A stretch of DNA of 26,797 nucleotides from IMG/VR virus record IMGVR_UViG_3300010366_000058, positions 1 to 26,797 of that record; one strand, written 5' to 3'. Shown in pieces: positions 1 to 7,756 of the stretch. Made by a program: the position numbers and the translations under genes. This DNA is from a virus. Lineage: Duplodnaviria; Caudoviricetes. Numbering within the stretch: position 1 is the stretch's first letter; each line of letters starts with the position of its first letter. Below the pieces are notes generated by a model, which saw only the letters and a program-made list of their open reading frames with translations, ran no database searches and was not told where the DNA came from.

Positions 1-124
1 CAGAGTAAGAAACTGAGGACTCGAAGAATGCTAAACTGGAGCGGTATCGATCGGCGTCACGGGCCATATACGAAATCAGCAAACCAGGGTACCCAGGTGG
101 CGCATAAGGCGCGCCACCCAGGGG

Positions 125-168
125 ATGATACCTACGTGTCGGAAACCGACACAGCGGTATCGTTCACT
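125..168 (+). repeat. 44-nt hairpin element, copy 1 (copy 2 at 11438-11481)
   Basis: atgatacctacgtgtcggaaaccgacacagcggtatcgttcact. Inner stem GTGTCGG/CCGACAC, outer stem GATACC/GGTATC. 36/44 identical to copy 2. Confidence 0.9.
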
Positions 169-316
169 CGCGTTCGGGCGGCGCAGACAACCACGGTCGA
201 TCGACCAGTTCGCGGTGGCCCTCGACGCGATCCCACTCGCGCAACATCGCGCTCATCACGTCCCATTCCCTCATCATGCGGCGGACCTTCAGTTCATATG
301 CTTCACGTGCAGTCAT
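164..316 (-). CDS. small hypothetical early protein (50 aa, MTAREAYELKVRRMMREWD...PPERE)
   Basis: Read by hand; not in the ORF track. ATG at 316 preceded by GGGAGA Shine-Dalgarno, TGA at 164-166, co-oriented with the 371-745 gene. Confidence 0.6.
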   Translation of the reverse strand: MTAREAYELKVRRMMREWDVMSAMLREWDRVEGHRELVDRPWLSAPPERE

Positions 317-370
317 GGTAGTTCTCCCGATGGTGTGGTGGGGGCATTTGCGCCCCCGAGTCGGTGGTGG

Positions 371-745
371 TTACGCGGCCTCGCGGGCGCGCGCAAGGGA
401 CTCGATGACGATGGCCAATTCCTGGTCGGTCATCGCGGTGAACCCCGCGGCCGCGAGTCGGTTCGCCAATTGTTGCACCGCGGTTTGCGGGCGGGCCACG
501 CGAGTGCCCGGGACATCGCCCACGACGAGCCGTTCGTACGCTTCGCACACGAGGGGCGCGACAACGTCGGCGATTTTGTCGCCATGGAGTTTGTACGTCT
601 CGGACGCATGATAGTTGTCGAAATATTCACGAGCCCCGCGTGTCATAAGGTATCGTTGGGACTCGATCGGCAAAGCGTCGAGATCGGTATCCGTGGTGAG
701 CCCGGTCTTTTTGCAAAAGTATTTGAATTCCCCGAAAGTGGTCAT
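371..745 (-). CDS. hypothetical early protein (124 aa, MTTFGEFKYFCKKTG...)
   Basis: 3' part of ORF 371..1036. ATG at 745 has GGGAG 6 nt upstream and a sigma70-like promoter just above. The longer upstream extension runs through the repeat cluster and is unlikely to be coding. Confidence 0.75.
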   Translation of the reverse strand: MTTFGEFKYFCKKTGLTTDTDLDALPIESQRYLMTRGAREYFDNYHASETYKLHGDKIADVVAPLVCEAYERLVVGDVPGTRVARPQTAVQQLANRLAAAGFTAMTDQELAIVIESLARAREAA

Positions 746-793
746 GTTCGACTCCCGATGTCCGGCCCGGGACCATCCCCAGGCCATGCGCGT

Positions 794-822
794 AATATGC
801 GCCCAATCGCCGCGAAAGTCAA
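794..822 (-). promoter_or_regulatory. sigma70-type early promoter (leftward)
   Basis: On the - strand TTGACT-N17-CATATT, about 50 nt upstream of the ATG at 745. Confidence 0.7.
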
Positions 823-840
823 TTGCGTTGATGGCCTCGT

Positions 841-985
841 TTGCGCAACAAAAGAACCCGCGCAATAAAACGTGCTTTTGTTGCGGTGCTTTTGTTCTTT
901 TGTTGCGCGATCGAGCATCAATGTTGCGCGGTCGGCCCACATTACGCAACAAAAGTGCGTGGCGGGGGCAAAAAAAGCAATAAAA
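841..985. repeat. cluster of CGCAACAAAAG repeats in both orientations
   Basis: Exact copies at 844-854(+), 875-885(-), 897-907(-), 945-955(+). Variants at 861-870, 889-896, 922-928, 977-985. Confidence 0.9.
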
Positions 986-1067
986 TTTCGCGGGCTGCCA
1001 CTCCACGGGTAAATCTACTGGAAACATACCTATCATTCACTCCTCGCCGCCAGTCATTTATACCTCT

Positions 1068-1154
1068 TTGACGTGGGTCCGTTACACGGACCCCTTGACT
1101 TTGCCCCCAAGAGGGGGCAAGCTTTTCGCGTGCGCGGGGGCGGTCTCCGCCCCG
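1068..1154 (+). promoter_or_regulatory. late-operon leader: three inverted repeats and a candidate sigma70-like promoter
   Basis: GGGTCCGT-tac-ACGGACCC (1075-1093), TTGCCCCC-aaga-GGGGGCAA (1101-1120), GGGGCGG-tct-CCGCCCC (1137-1153). TTGACT-N17-CAAGCT at 1095-1123. Confidence 0.5.
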
Positions 1155-1171
1155 AAGGGAGCCCCGGTCCC

Positions 1172-1822
1172 GTGACAGACAAGGACCTCCTGGAGGAGTT
1201 GGTGCTTGGGCCGGTTCGCGGCCGACCCAGGAAAACGTTCGTGGCCGAGTACGTGCGCGATCTCACGAGGGCCGATGTCGCGGCACTGCAACAGCCCCGA
1301 GGGACCGTCCCCGTCGCCCTAAAACGCATCCACTCCAGCCACCACGCCCTGGCCAAATGCCTCGCAACCGGCATGCGCCCGGGCGACGCGGCCCTCGTCA
1401 CCGGTTACAGCCTGTCCCGCATCAGCATCCTCCAGTCCGATCCCACCTTCGTCGAACTCGTCGAGAACTATCGGGGCGAGGCGAAGGCCGTGATCGCGGA
1501 CATGGTCGAGCGGATGACCAACATTTCCCTCGACGCCCTCGAACTGTTGCAGGAACGCCTCGTCGACACCCCCGAACAGTTCTCGATCCCGACCCTGTTG
1601 GACTTGGTCAAGACGTTCGCGGACCGAACAGGGCACGGACCGAACCAGGAGGTCCACCTCAAGCTCGATACCAGCGACTACATTGACCGCCCGCCCAGGG
1701 AAAGTTATGATGAGTGGCGGTCCCGCCGACAGATCGAACTGGGCGGCCCAGCGACAGAACGCAACCCAGCGACAGAACGCAATCCCTCAATTCTCAGCCC
1801 AGGGCCCAAGCGCCCCAACTAA
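1172..1822 (+). CDS. putative terminase small subunit / HTH DNA-binding protein
   Basis: First gene of the late operon, upstream of terL. HTH-like segment GMRPGDAALVTGYSLSRISILQSDPTF followed by helical segments. GTG at 1172 with AAGGGAG upstream is preferred over 1073. Confidence 0.6.
   Translation: MTDKDLLEELVLGPVRGRPRKTFVAEYVRDLTRADVAALQQPRGTVPVALKRIHSSHHALAKCLATGMRPGDAALVTGYSLSRISILQSDPTFVELVENYRGEAKAVIADMVERMTNISLDALELLQERLVDTPEQFSIPTLLDLVKTFADRTGHGPNQEVHLKLDTSDYIDRPPRESYDEWRSRRQIELGGPATERNPATERNPSILSPGPKRPN
1747..1782 (+). repeat. 18-nt tandem duplication CCCAGCGACAGAACGCAA x2 (encodes PATERN x2)
   Basis: Exact copies at 1747-1764 and 1765-1782. Confidence 0.95.
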
Positions 1823-1832
1823 GGAGACCGCA

Positions 1833-2150
1833 ATGGCTGAAGTCCCCGTGACCATCAACGGCGTCATGTACCCGAAAACGAAGTCCGGGCGCGACAAACC
1901 AGTCGCCTGCACGCTCGTGGGCTCGGCCTGGGTGACCGGGCTCGGTGTCGGGGGCGGCCCCGCGGCCCCAGTCCCGCCCGATCCACCCATAGATGTCCCG
2001 CCCCCGATCGACACTCCGCCCGACGGCACAGGGGACCCGCCCGGGTCCATAGCCAAGCCCCCGCCACCCGAGGGCGGTTGGGGATGGAGCCCAGAGTACG
2101 GGTGGGGCTATTTCCCCGGGAGCGGTGGGGCAGGCCCGAAAGGGGCATAG
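1833..2150 (+). CDS. Pro/Gly-rich hypothetical protein (105 aa)
   Basis: AAGGAG RBS before ATG 1833; fills the gap between terS and terL; ends in WGWSPEYGWGYFP. Confidence 0.8.
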   Translation: MAEVPVTINGVMYPKTKSGRDKPVACTLVGSAWVTGLGVGGGPAAPVPPDPPIDVPPPIDTPPDGTGDPPGSIAKPPPPEGGWGWSPEYGWGYFPGSGGAGPKGA

Positions 2151-2201
2151 CCCCAGCCCCAGCCCAGGCCAGAACGCAGCCCTAGACCTAACCTTTCGCC
2201 C

Positions 2202-3683
2202 ATGGCCCGCTCAAAGCTCGCCGTTCTCCACGAAGCCTGGTCTCCCCAGCCAGGCCCCCAGACCGACGCGATAACCGCGGACTGGTGCGGGGAGTTGTTC
2301 TACGGCGGCGCCGCGGGAGGCGGCAAGAGCGACTTTCTGTTGGGCGATTTCCTTCAGGACGTGCCGCGCTATGCGCGCGACTGGCGAGGCGTGCTGTTCC
2401 GCCGGACCTACAACGAACTGGAGGAGCTGATCGTGCGGTCGCGGGAGATCTATCCCGCGACCAAGGCCTCGTGGCACGAGCAGTCGAAGATGTGGACCTG
2501 GCCCAACGGGGCCGCCCTCCGCATGCGGTACATTGAGCGTGACGCCGATGCCACTCGGTACCAGGGACACGCCTATACCTGGATCGGGTGGGACGAGCTG
2601 ACCCAGTGGCCCAGTGACTACGGGTACCGATTTCTCCGAGGCCGACTCCGTTCGGCCGCTAATGTCCCCACGAAGCGCATTCGAGCCGCCGCCAACCCAG
2701 GTGGCGTGGGCCATCACTGGGTCAAGGCGTACTTCGTCGACCCGCATCCCGCGGGCTACGTCCCGATCTCTGATCCGCTGACTCAGATGCAGCGGATGTT
2801 CGTCCCCGCGAAACTGAAGGACAACAAAATTCTGCTGTCCGCCGACCCCGGCTACGCGGACCGCCTCAAGGGTTTGTCCTCGGACGCGATGGTCCGGGCC
2901 TGGCTCGAGGGTGACTGGACTGTGGTAGAAGGGGCGTTCTTTGACTGTTGGCGGTACGATCAGCACGTCATCGACCCCTTCCCAGTGCCCACTACCTGGG
3001 CGCGGTTCCGGTCGATGGACTGGGGCTCGGCCCGCCCATTTTCAGTGGGCTGGTGGGCGATCGTTCAGGACGACTTCGACATTCACCAGGCGAATGGGGA
3101 GTCGGCTCGTACAATTCCCCGCGGAGCCCTGGTCCGTTATCGGGAGTGGTATGGGGCCGTCGCCCCGAACGTCGGGCTCAAGTTGACCGCCGAGAAGGTG
3201 GCCGAGGGCATCGTCACTCGGGAACGCCCCGGCCCCAGCCCAGAACCATTACGTTACGCAGTCCTTGACCCGGCTTGTTTCAAAGAGGACGGCGGTCCCT
3301 CTATCGCCGAGCGCATTAACAAGGTCCTAATTTCTTACAGGTGCCGGCCCTTCCACGCGGCTGACAACGCCCGAGTGCCCCAGCGCGGGTCGATGGGTGG
3401 CTGGGACCAACTGAGATCGCGCCTCTTGGGCGCTGACGGCCTGCCCATGATCTACTGTTTTAGCACGTGCGCGGCCTCTATCCGTACCATTCCCGCACTC
3501 CAGCACGACGCGGTCAAGCCCGAGGACGTTGATACCGAGGGAGAGGACCACGCGGGCGACGAGTGGCGATACGCTTGTATGTCCCGGCCCTACAACCCGG
3601 TGTCTCAGGCCCCCAAGGCACCGCCCCAGAACGACTACAGAAAGGTCAGTATGCAGCGCGCCGGAGATTGGCGGACCTACTAA
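2202..3683 (+). CDS. terL: terminase large subunit
   Basis: Walker A YGGAAGGGKS, Walker B WIGWDE, coupling-motif region AANPGG, RNase H-like nuclease acidic motifs MDWG and EDHAGDEWRY. Confidence 0.97.
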   Translation: MARSKLAVLHEAWSPQPGPQTDAITADWCGELFYGGAAGGGKSDFLLGDFLQDVPRYARDWRGVLFRRTYNELEELIVRSREIYPATKASWHEQSKMWTWPNGAALRMRYIERDADATRYQGHAYTWIGWDELTQWPSDYGYRFLRGRLRSAANVPTKRIRAAANPGGVGHHWVKAYFVDPHPAGYVPISDPLTQMQRMFVPAKLKDNKILLSADPGYADRLKGLSSDAMVRAWLEGDWTVVEGAFFDCWRYDQHVIDPFPVPTTWARFRSMDWGSARPFSVGWWAIVQDDFDIHQANGESARTIPRGALVRYREWYGAVAPNVGLKLTAEKVAEGIVTRERPGPSPEPLRYAVLDPACFKEDGGPSIAERINKVLISYRCRPFHAADNARVPQRGSMGGWDQLRSRLLGADGLPMIYCFSTCAASIRTIPALQHDAVKPEDVDTEGEDHAGDEWRYACMSRPYNPVSQAPKAPPQNDYRKVSMQRAGDWRTY

Positions 3684-3720
3684 GGTCCCAGTCCAGAACG
3701 CAGCCTTTAACGGGGGTTTT

Positions 3721-4083
3721 ATGTTACCAACGATTCCTCAGGGTCTCCAGGGCTCCCTCGGAAAGGCCTCGAACCGAGCGACCTACCGCCAGGACTTCCG
3801 GATTGCGGATTTGGAGACTGGGGAACTGCTCGATCTCACTGGGCTCGATTTCACCTTTGAAGTCTCGGACCTCGAGACCAATCAGCTGATGCTCCAGGCC
3901 ACGACTGGGAACGGTAAGATTACCGTGCCCGACCTCGGAGTGCTGTCTATTCGGTTTGAGGCCGACGACATGCGGGCGCTCACTCCCAAACAGTACGTGG
4001 TGGGGATGATAGTGGAGGGGGCGGGTGAGACCGATCAACTGTTCAAGGGCACGATTGAGGTCTATTGGGGAGGCGTCCAATGA
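3721..4083 (+). CDS. putative virion adaptor protein (120 aa, beta-rich, BppU-N-like)
   Basis: ATG 3721 follows the terL stop. The pattern DLTGLDFTFEV...ATTGNGKI...GVLSIRF...LFKGTIEV resembles fibre-anchoring beta-sandwich domains. Stop overlaps the next start (ATGA). Confidence 0.65.
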   Translation: MLPTIPQGLQGSLGKASNRATYRQDFRIADLETGELLDLTGLDFTFEVSDLETNQLMLQATTGNGKITVPDLGVLSIRFEADDMRALTPKQYVVGMIVEGAGETDQLFKGTIEVYWGGVQ

Positions 4084-4481
4084 CCAGGCGAATAAGATTC
4101 GGCCTGTTTCTGTTGACAGTCCTCTGGGCCGTTCCGGCCCTGGCCCAACGACAATGCAATCAGCTCACTCCCTTCTCCCACGCCGTTCCTACGGGACCGG
4201 TTGTAGCGGTCCCGGGCGACCCAACCAAGCAGATTTACTATTGTGGGTTCACCCTTGCCAGTAAAACGAACACGCTCGACTTTAAGATCTGGGCGAGTGA
4301 GGCGCCGGATTGTTCCAGGCAGTCGATTCCGTTGACTCCCCAGTGGAGTTTGCCCAACGCATTCGCACTAAATAACCGGATTGAGACGACCGGGGCCGCC
4401 TCTAACTACGGATCGACCCTCTGTTTCCAGACCTTCGGGTCTGGGACGCTGACCGGGGTCATCTACTGGGCCCAATACTAG
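4080..4481 (+). CDS. hypothetical protein with N-terminal signal peptide (133 aa)
   Basis: MTRRIRFGLFLLTVLWAVPALA-Q has a basic n-region, hydrophobic h-region and A-x-A site. Four Cys in the mature part. GGGAGG RBS and ATGA coupling. Confidence 0.8.
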   Translation: MTRRIRFGLFLLTVLWAVPALAQRQCNQLTPFSHAVPTGPVVAVPGDPTKQIYYCGFTLASKTNTLDFKIWASEAPDCSRQSIPLTPQWSLPNAFALNNRIETTGAASNYGSTLCFQTFGSGTLTGVIYWAQY

Positions 4482-4492
4482 GAGACTACAGT

Positions 4493-6946
4493 ATGGCGGG
4501 CTTACCGAGACTCAGTCTTCAGGCGATTTCGCGGTTCCCAGCCCAGATAATCGGGGGGACCGGCATCACTGTCGACTACGCGAACGGCGTAGTTACCATC
4601 AGTTTCACGGGCGCCGGGGGAGTGCCCGACGGCAACAAGGGCGATATTACGGTCGCTGGGGCGAGCTGGACCATTAACGCCGATGCTGTCACGTACAGCA
4701 AAATGCAAAATACGACCTCCAGCAGCATTATTCTGGGTCGAATCTCGGCCGGGGCCGGAAATATCGAGGAATTGACCGCCGCCCAGGCGACAAGTCTGCT
4801 AAATACGTTCACTTCGACGCTAAAAGGGCTCGTTCCCTCCTCTGGAGGGGGCACGGCCAACTTTCTCCGTGCCGACGGGACCTGGGCGATACCACCGGGC
4901 GGCACCGGCGGGGTTCCTGGGGGCTCGACGGGCCAAATTCAGTACAATAACTCGGGCGCTTTCGCCGGTTTCACGGCTACGGGCGATATTTCGATCACTC
5001 CTAGCACTGGGGCCACCGTAATTGGCGCCCAGGTCGTTACTTACGGTAAAATTCAGAACCTTGCCGCGACTAGTCGGGTTCTGGGCCGCATCTCCGCTGG
5101 CCTGGGCTCGATGGAGGAGATGACCGGGACCCAGGTCACGACACTGTTAGACACTTTCACCTCATCTCTGAAGGGCCTGGTGCCCAGTTCGGGCGGTGGT
5201 ACCACGACTTTCTTGAGGGCGGATGGAGCCTGGGCCTCGCCCGGCACAGGAGGCGCCCCCGGAGGCACTTCGGGCCAGATACAGTACAATAACGCGGGAG
5301 TTTTCGGCGGGTTCAACATCAGCGGAGACGCCACGGTCGATGGCTCGGGTGTACTGACCATAGGCAACACCCGAGTTAGCTACGCCAAAATGCAGAATGT
5401 CGTCGCCAACAATGTCTTTCTTGGTCGCCGCTCGGGTGCGGGCGGTAGTCCAGAGGAAATGACCGCAACTCAGTCGACGGCGTTGCTTGATTTGTTCACG
5501 ACTTCGGGAACAAAGGGGCTCGTGCCCGGCAGTTCGGGCGGCACGACACAGTTTTTACGTGCCGACGGTACTTGGGCCACGCCAGCCGGTGGTGGGACGG
5601 GACTGGCCGACGCCTATGGGGCCATTAAAGACGGCACAGTTACTGCCTCGGCGACGGGCTCGGACACTATTTGGTATCGGGCCGAGGCCGGCGTCACAAC
5701 GGTCGCCGTGGGCTCGAACGACGCCACTTTCGGCGACAATGTGCTGATTGGCATCGCGGCGCTGGGCGTTTCGACCGCCAAGATCGCCAATAACGCGGTG
5801 ACCTACGGCAAAATGCAGTCCACGACCGCGACCGATGTCCTCCTAGGCCGTCAGTCCGCCGGTGGAGGCACGGTCGAGGAGGTGGCCTGCACGGCCGCCG
5901 GCCGGTCACTGATCGCGGGCGCCTCAGCCAGCGCCCAACGAACAACGCTGGGCCTGGGCACGGCCGCAGTCCAGAATACGGGCACCTCGGGCGCGAATGT
6001 GCCCCTGATGAACGCCGCGAACACTTGGAGCGCTCAGCAAACGTTCGTAGTGGCAGGCGCCCCGATCATCTTTAGCAACACCAACACTAATTACTTTGGG
6101 AGTCTAGCCAACCTCAATACATCTGGCCATCCATTTATCGGGCTGCATGCCACACACAGTGCAGTAACCAATAATACCCTGAAGAACGATCTTTCAGCTA
6201 ATCGCGGTCTCGGCCTGATTAATGACGGCACGAGCTTCTATATGAGTGTCAACAGCGTGGCGACCGCTGACGCAGACTTTACGGGCGCGTTGACGCCACT
6301 TTCCGTGGCACTGTCGACTGGAGTGACGACGTTTGGATCGGAGATCATCCTGCCCGCGAGTACGACTACGCGGGCCAGCCTGAATGTGCCACAGGGCGCC
6401 GCGCCCTCATCGCCGGTCAACGGTGACTTCTGGACCACGTCCTCGGCGGGCTTTCTGAGGATCAACTCGATCACCAAACAGTTACTTTCCGCCGATATGA
6501 ACCTGAGTGATTTGGCCTCTTCGGCCACGGCCCGGGCCAATCTGGGTGTGGACGAGGCCACGAACACGGACGTGTGGACTGGGACCAACGCGACGAAGGT
6601 TATCACTCCGAACAGAATGTTTGGATCGAGCGCCCCGGTGACAGTCAGCTACTCGGCCACGATCACACTGGATATGAACACGGGGATTAACTTCCTGACC
6701 ACGTTGACTGGCAACATTACCTCGCTGGCCAACCCCAGTAACTCGAAGGCGGGACAGACAGGAATCTACATTCTGAAACAGGACGGAACCGGCTCGCGTC
6801 TCTTGAGCGCGGTGGGCTCGAACTGGAAGTTTACGGGCGGGAGTAAGACTCTGTCGACGGCGGCTAACGCTATCGACGTAATCACCTATTACGTGGAGAC
6901 CGCGGGTGGCACGATCTGGGCCACGCTGAACAAGGCGTTTGCATGA
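4493..6946 (+). CDS. long fibre protein (tail or head fibre), 817 aa
   Basis: G/T/S/A-rich with internal repeats (TYxKMQN...LGR...EE...KGLVP...FLRADGxWA; GQIQYNN). C-terminal domain TLTGN...LKQDGTGSR...TLSTAANAIDVI is typical of phage fibre ends. AGGAG RBS. Confidence 0.85.
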   Translation: MAGLPRLSLQAISRFPAQIIGGTGITVDYANGVVTISFTGAGGVPDGNKGDITVAGASWTINADAVTYSKMQNTTSSSIILGRISAGAGNIEELTAAQATSLLNTFTSTLKGLVPSSGGGTANFLRADGTWAIPPGGTGGVPGGSTGQIQYNNSGAFAGFTATGDISITPSTGATVIGAQVVTYGKIQNLAATSRVLGRISAGLGSMEEMTGTQVTTLLDTFTSSLKGLVPSSGGGTTTFLRADGAWASPGTGGAPGGTSGQIQYNNAGVFGGFNISGDATVDGSGVLTIGNTRVSYAKMQNVVANNVFLGRRSGAGGSPEEMTATQSTALLDLFTTSGTKGLVPGSSGGTTQFLRADGTWATPAGGGTGLADAYGAIKDGTVTASATGSDTIWYRAEAGVTTVAVGSNDATFGDNVLIGIAALGVSTAKIANNAVTYGKMQSTTATDVLLGRQSAGGGTVEEVACTAAGRSLIAGASASAQRTTLGLGTAAVQNTGTSGANVPLMNAANTWSAQQTFVVAGAPIIFSNTNTNYFGSLANLNTSGHPFIGLHATHSAVTNNTLKNDLSANRGLGLINDGTSFYMSVNSVATADADFTGALTPLSVALSTGVTTFGSEIILPASTTTRASLNVPQGAAPSSPVNGDFWTTSSAGFLRINSITKQLLSADMNLSDLASSATARANLGVDEATNTDVWTGTNATKVITPNRMFGSSAPVTVSYSATITLDMNTGINFLTTLTGNITSLANPSNSKAGQTGIYILKQDGTGSRLLSAVGSNWKFTGGSKTLSTAANAIDVITYYVETAGGTIWATLNKAFA
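4688..5885 (+). repeat. protein-level repeats in the fibre: three ~115-aa units plus one partial unit
   Basis: V[TS]Y.K[MI]Q at about 4688, 5036, 5375 and 5798; FLRADG.WA at about 4862, 5209 and 5552. Confidence 0.85.
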
Positions 6947-7746
6947 TGCTGCCCGTACCATATCTTTGGCTGCCGCCCGAAAAGCCGGCGATCATCCGGC
7001 CAATGGACGCGCTTCAGCGCGCGATGCTGGCACTGGTCGGTGGGACGCTGTTGGCGGGCCAGCCAGCCGTGGGTGGTGCCGGTCCAACTCCGACGGTGCG
7101 GGCGAGTTTTCCGAGTGACGTTTATAATAGTGGCAGCACTGGCACTATGATGGGGGCCGGGATAGGTCTTCCCTCTGGGCACACCACGAATGATATTCTA
7201 GTGTATGTTTTCTCTGGGTGGCGTGGAGGAGATTTGCCACATATTAGCGCGCCGAGTGGATATACCCAGATATTTAGTCTTTTGAGTCAGGCTGGTATGG
7301 CCGCGTGGTGGAAGCGAGACGGCGGGAGCGAGTCCGCTCAGACCATCGGGATCACCGATAGCTTTACCCTTGGTGCTGCCTTCGTGTTCGCGGTTACTGG
7401 TTGTGTGACCTCTGGAACTCCATATGAGGGCTTGCAGACAGCCCAGGATCTGTCAGTCGCGCCCAATGTAACTACTACCAATTCAAACCGGCTCCTGATG
7501 GACTTCCACGGCGGAGGATCGGCTAGTCCCGCTCAGATCGGGACCGGCGATGCAGCGAGTTCGGGATGGACTAAGCAGAAAGAGGTCGCCAATGCCACCG
7601 ATTCAGCCTCGTCTTGTGGCGTTCTGATGCAGACTAAGTCCGCGCCGTCCTCTGGCAGTCAAACGATGCCAAGTTTGACTTTGAGCGGTGCATCCGGCGG
7701 AAGTCAAACGGCCGCCCTCGCGTGGCTGCCCAACCCCTCGAGTTAA
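6943..7746 (+). CDS. putative fibre-associated structural protein (267 aa)
   Basis: ATGA-coupled to the fibre gene; S/G/T-rich beta-type composition; LWLPPEKPAIIR N-terminus. Confidence 0.7.
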   Translation: MMLPVPYLWLPPEKPAIIRPMDALQRAMLALVGGTLLAGQPAVGGAGPTPTVRASFPSDVYNSGSTGTMMGAGIGLPSGHTTNDILVYVFSGWRGGDLPHISAPSGYTQIFSLLSQAGMAAWWKRDGGSESAQTIGITDSFTLGAAFVFAVTGCVTSGTPYEGLQTAQDLSVAPNVTTTNSNRLLMDFHGGGSASPAQIGTGDAASSGWTKQKEVANATDSASSCGVLMQTKSAPSSGSQTMPSLTLSGASGGSQTAALAWLPNPSS

Positions 7747-7756
7747 GGAGACTCGG

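Noticed and set aside
11-30. CTGAGGA...GAA resembling a hammerhead ribozyme core
   Set aside because: No stem II or correctly placed GAAA and flanking stems could be built; also truncated by the window edge.
137-151. TGT...ACA as a NifA (N10) or PpsR/CrtJ (N12) site
   Set aside because: The spacing here is N9.
125-868. 247-aa + strand ORF starting inside the hairpin element
   Set aside because: Antisense to two genes that have their own RBS and promoter. The second copy of the element hits a stop after 9 codons, so the shared ATG is not evidence of coding.
841-985. Repeat cluster as a CRISPR array
   Set aside because: Repeats are 11 nt, in mixed orientation, irregularly spaced, and no cas genes are present.
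746-1036. Upstream extension of ORF 371..1036
   Set aside because: Runs through the promoter and repeat cluster; a good RBS supports the ATG at 745.
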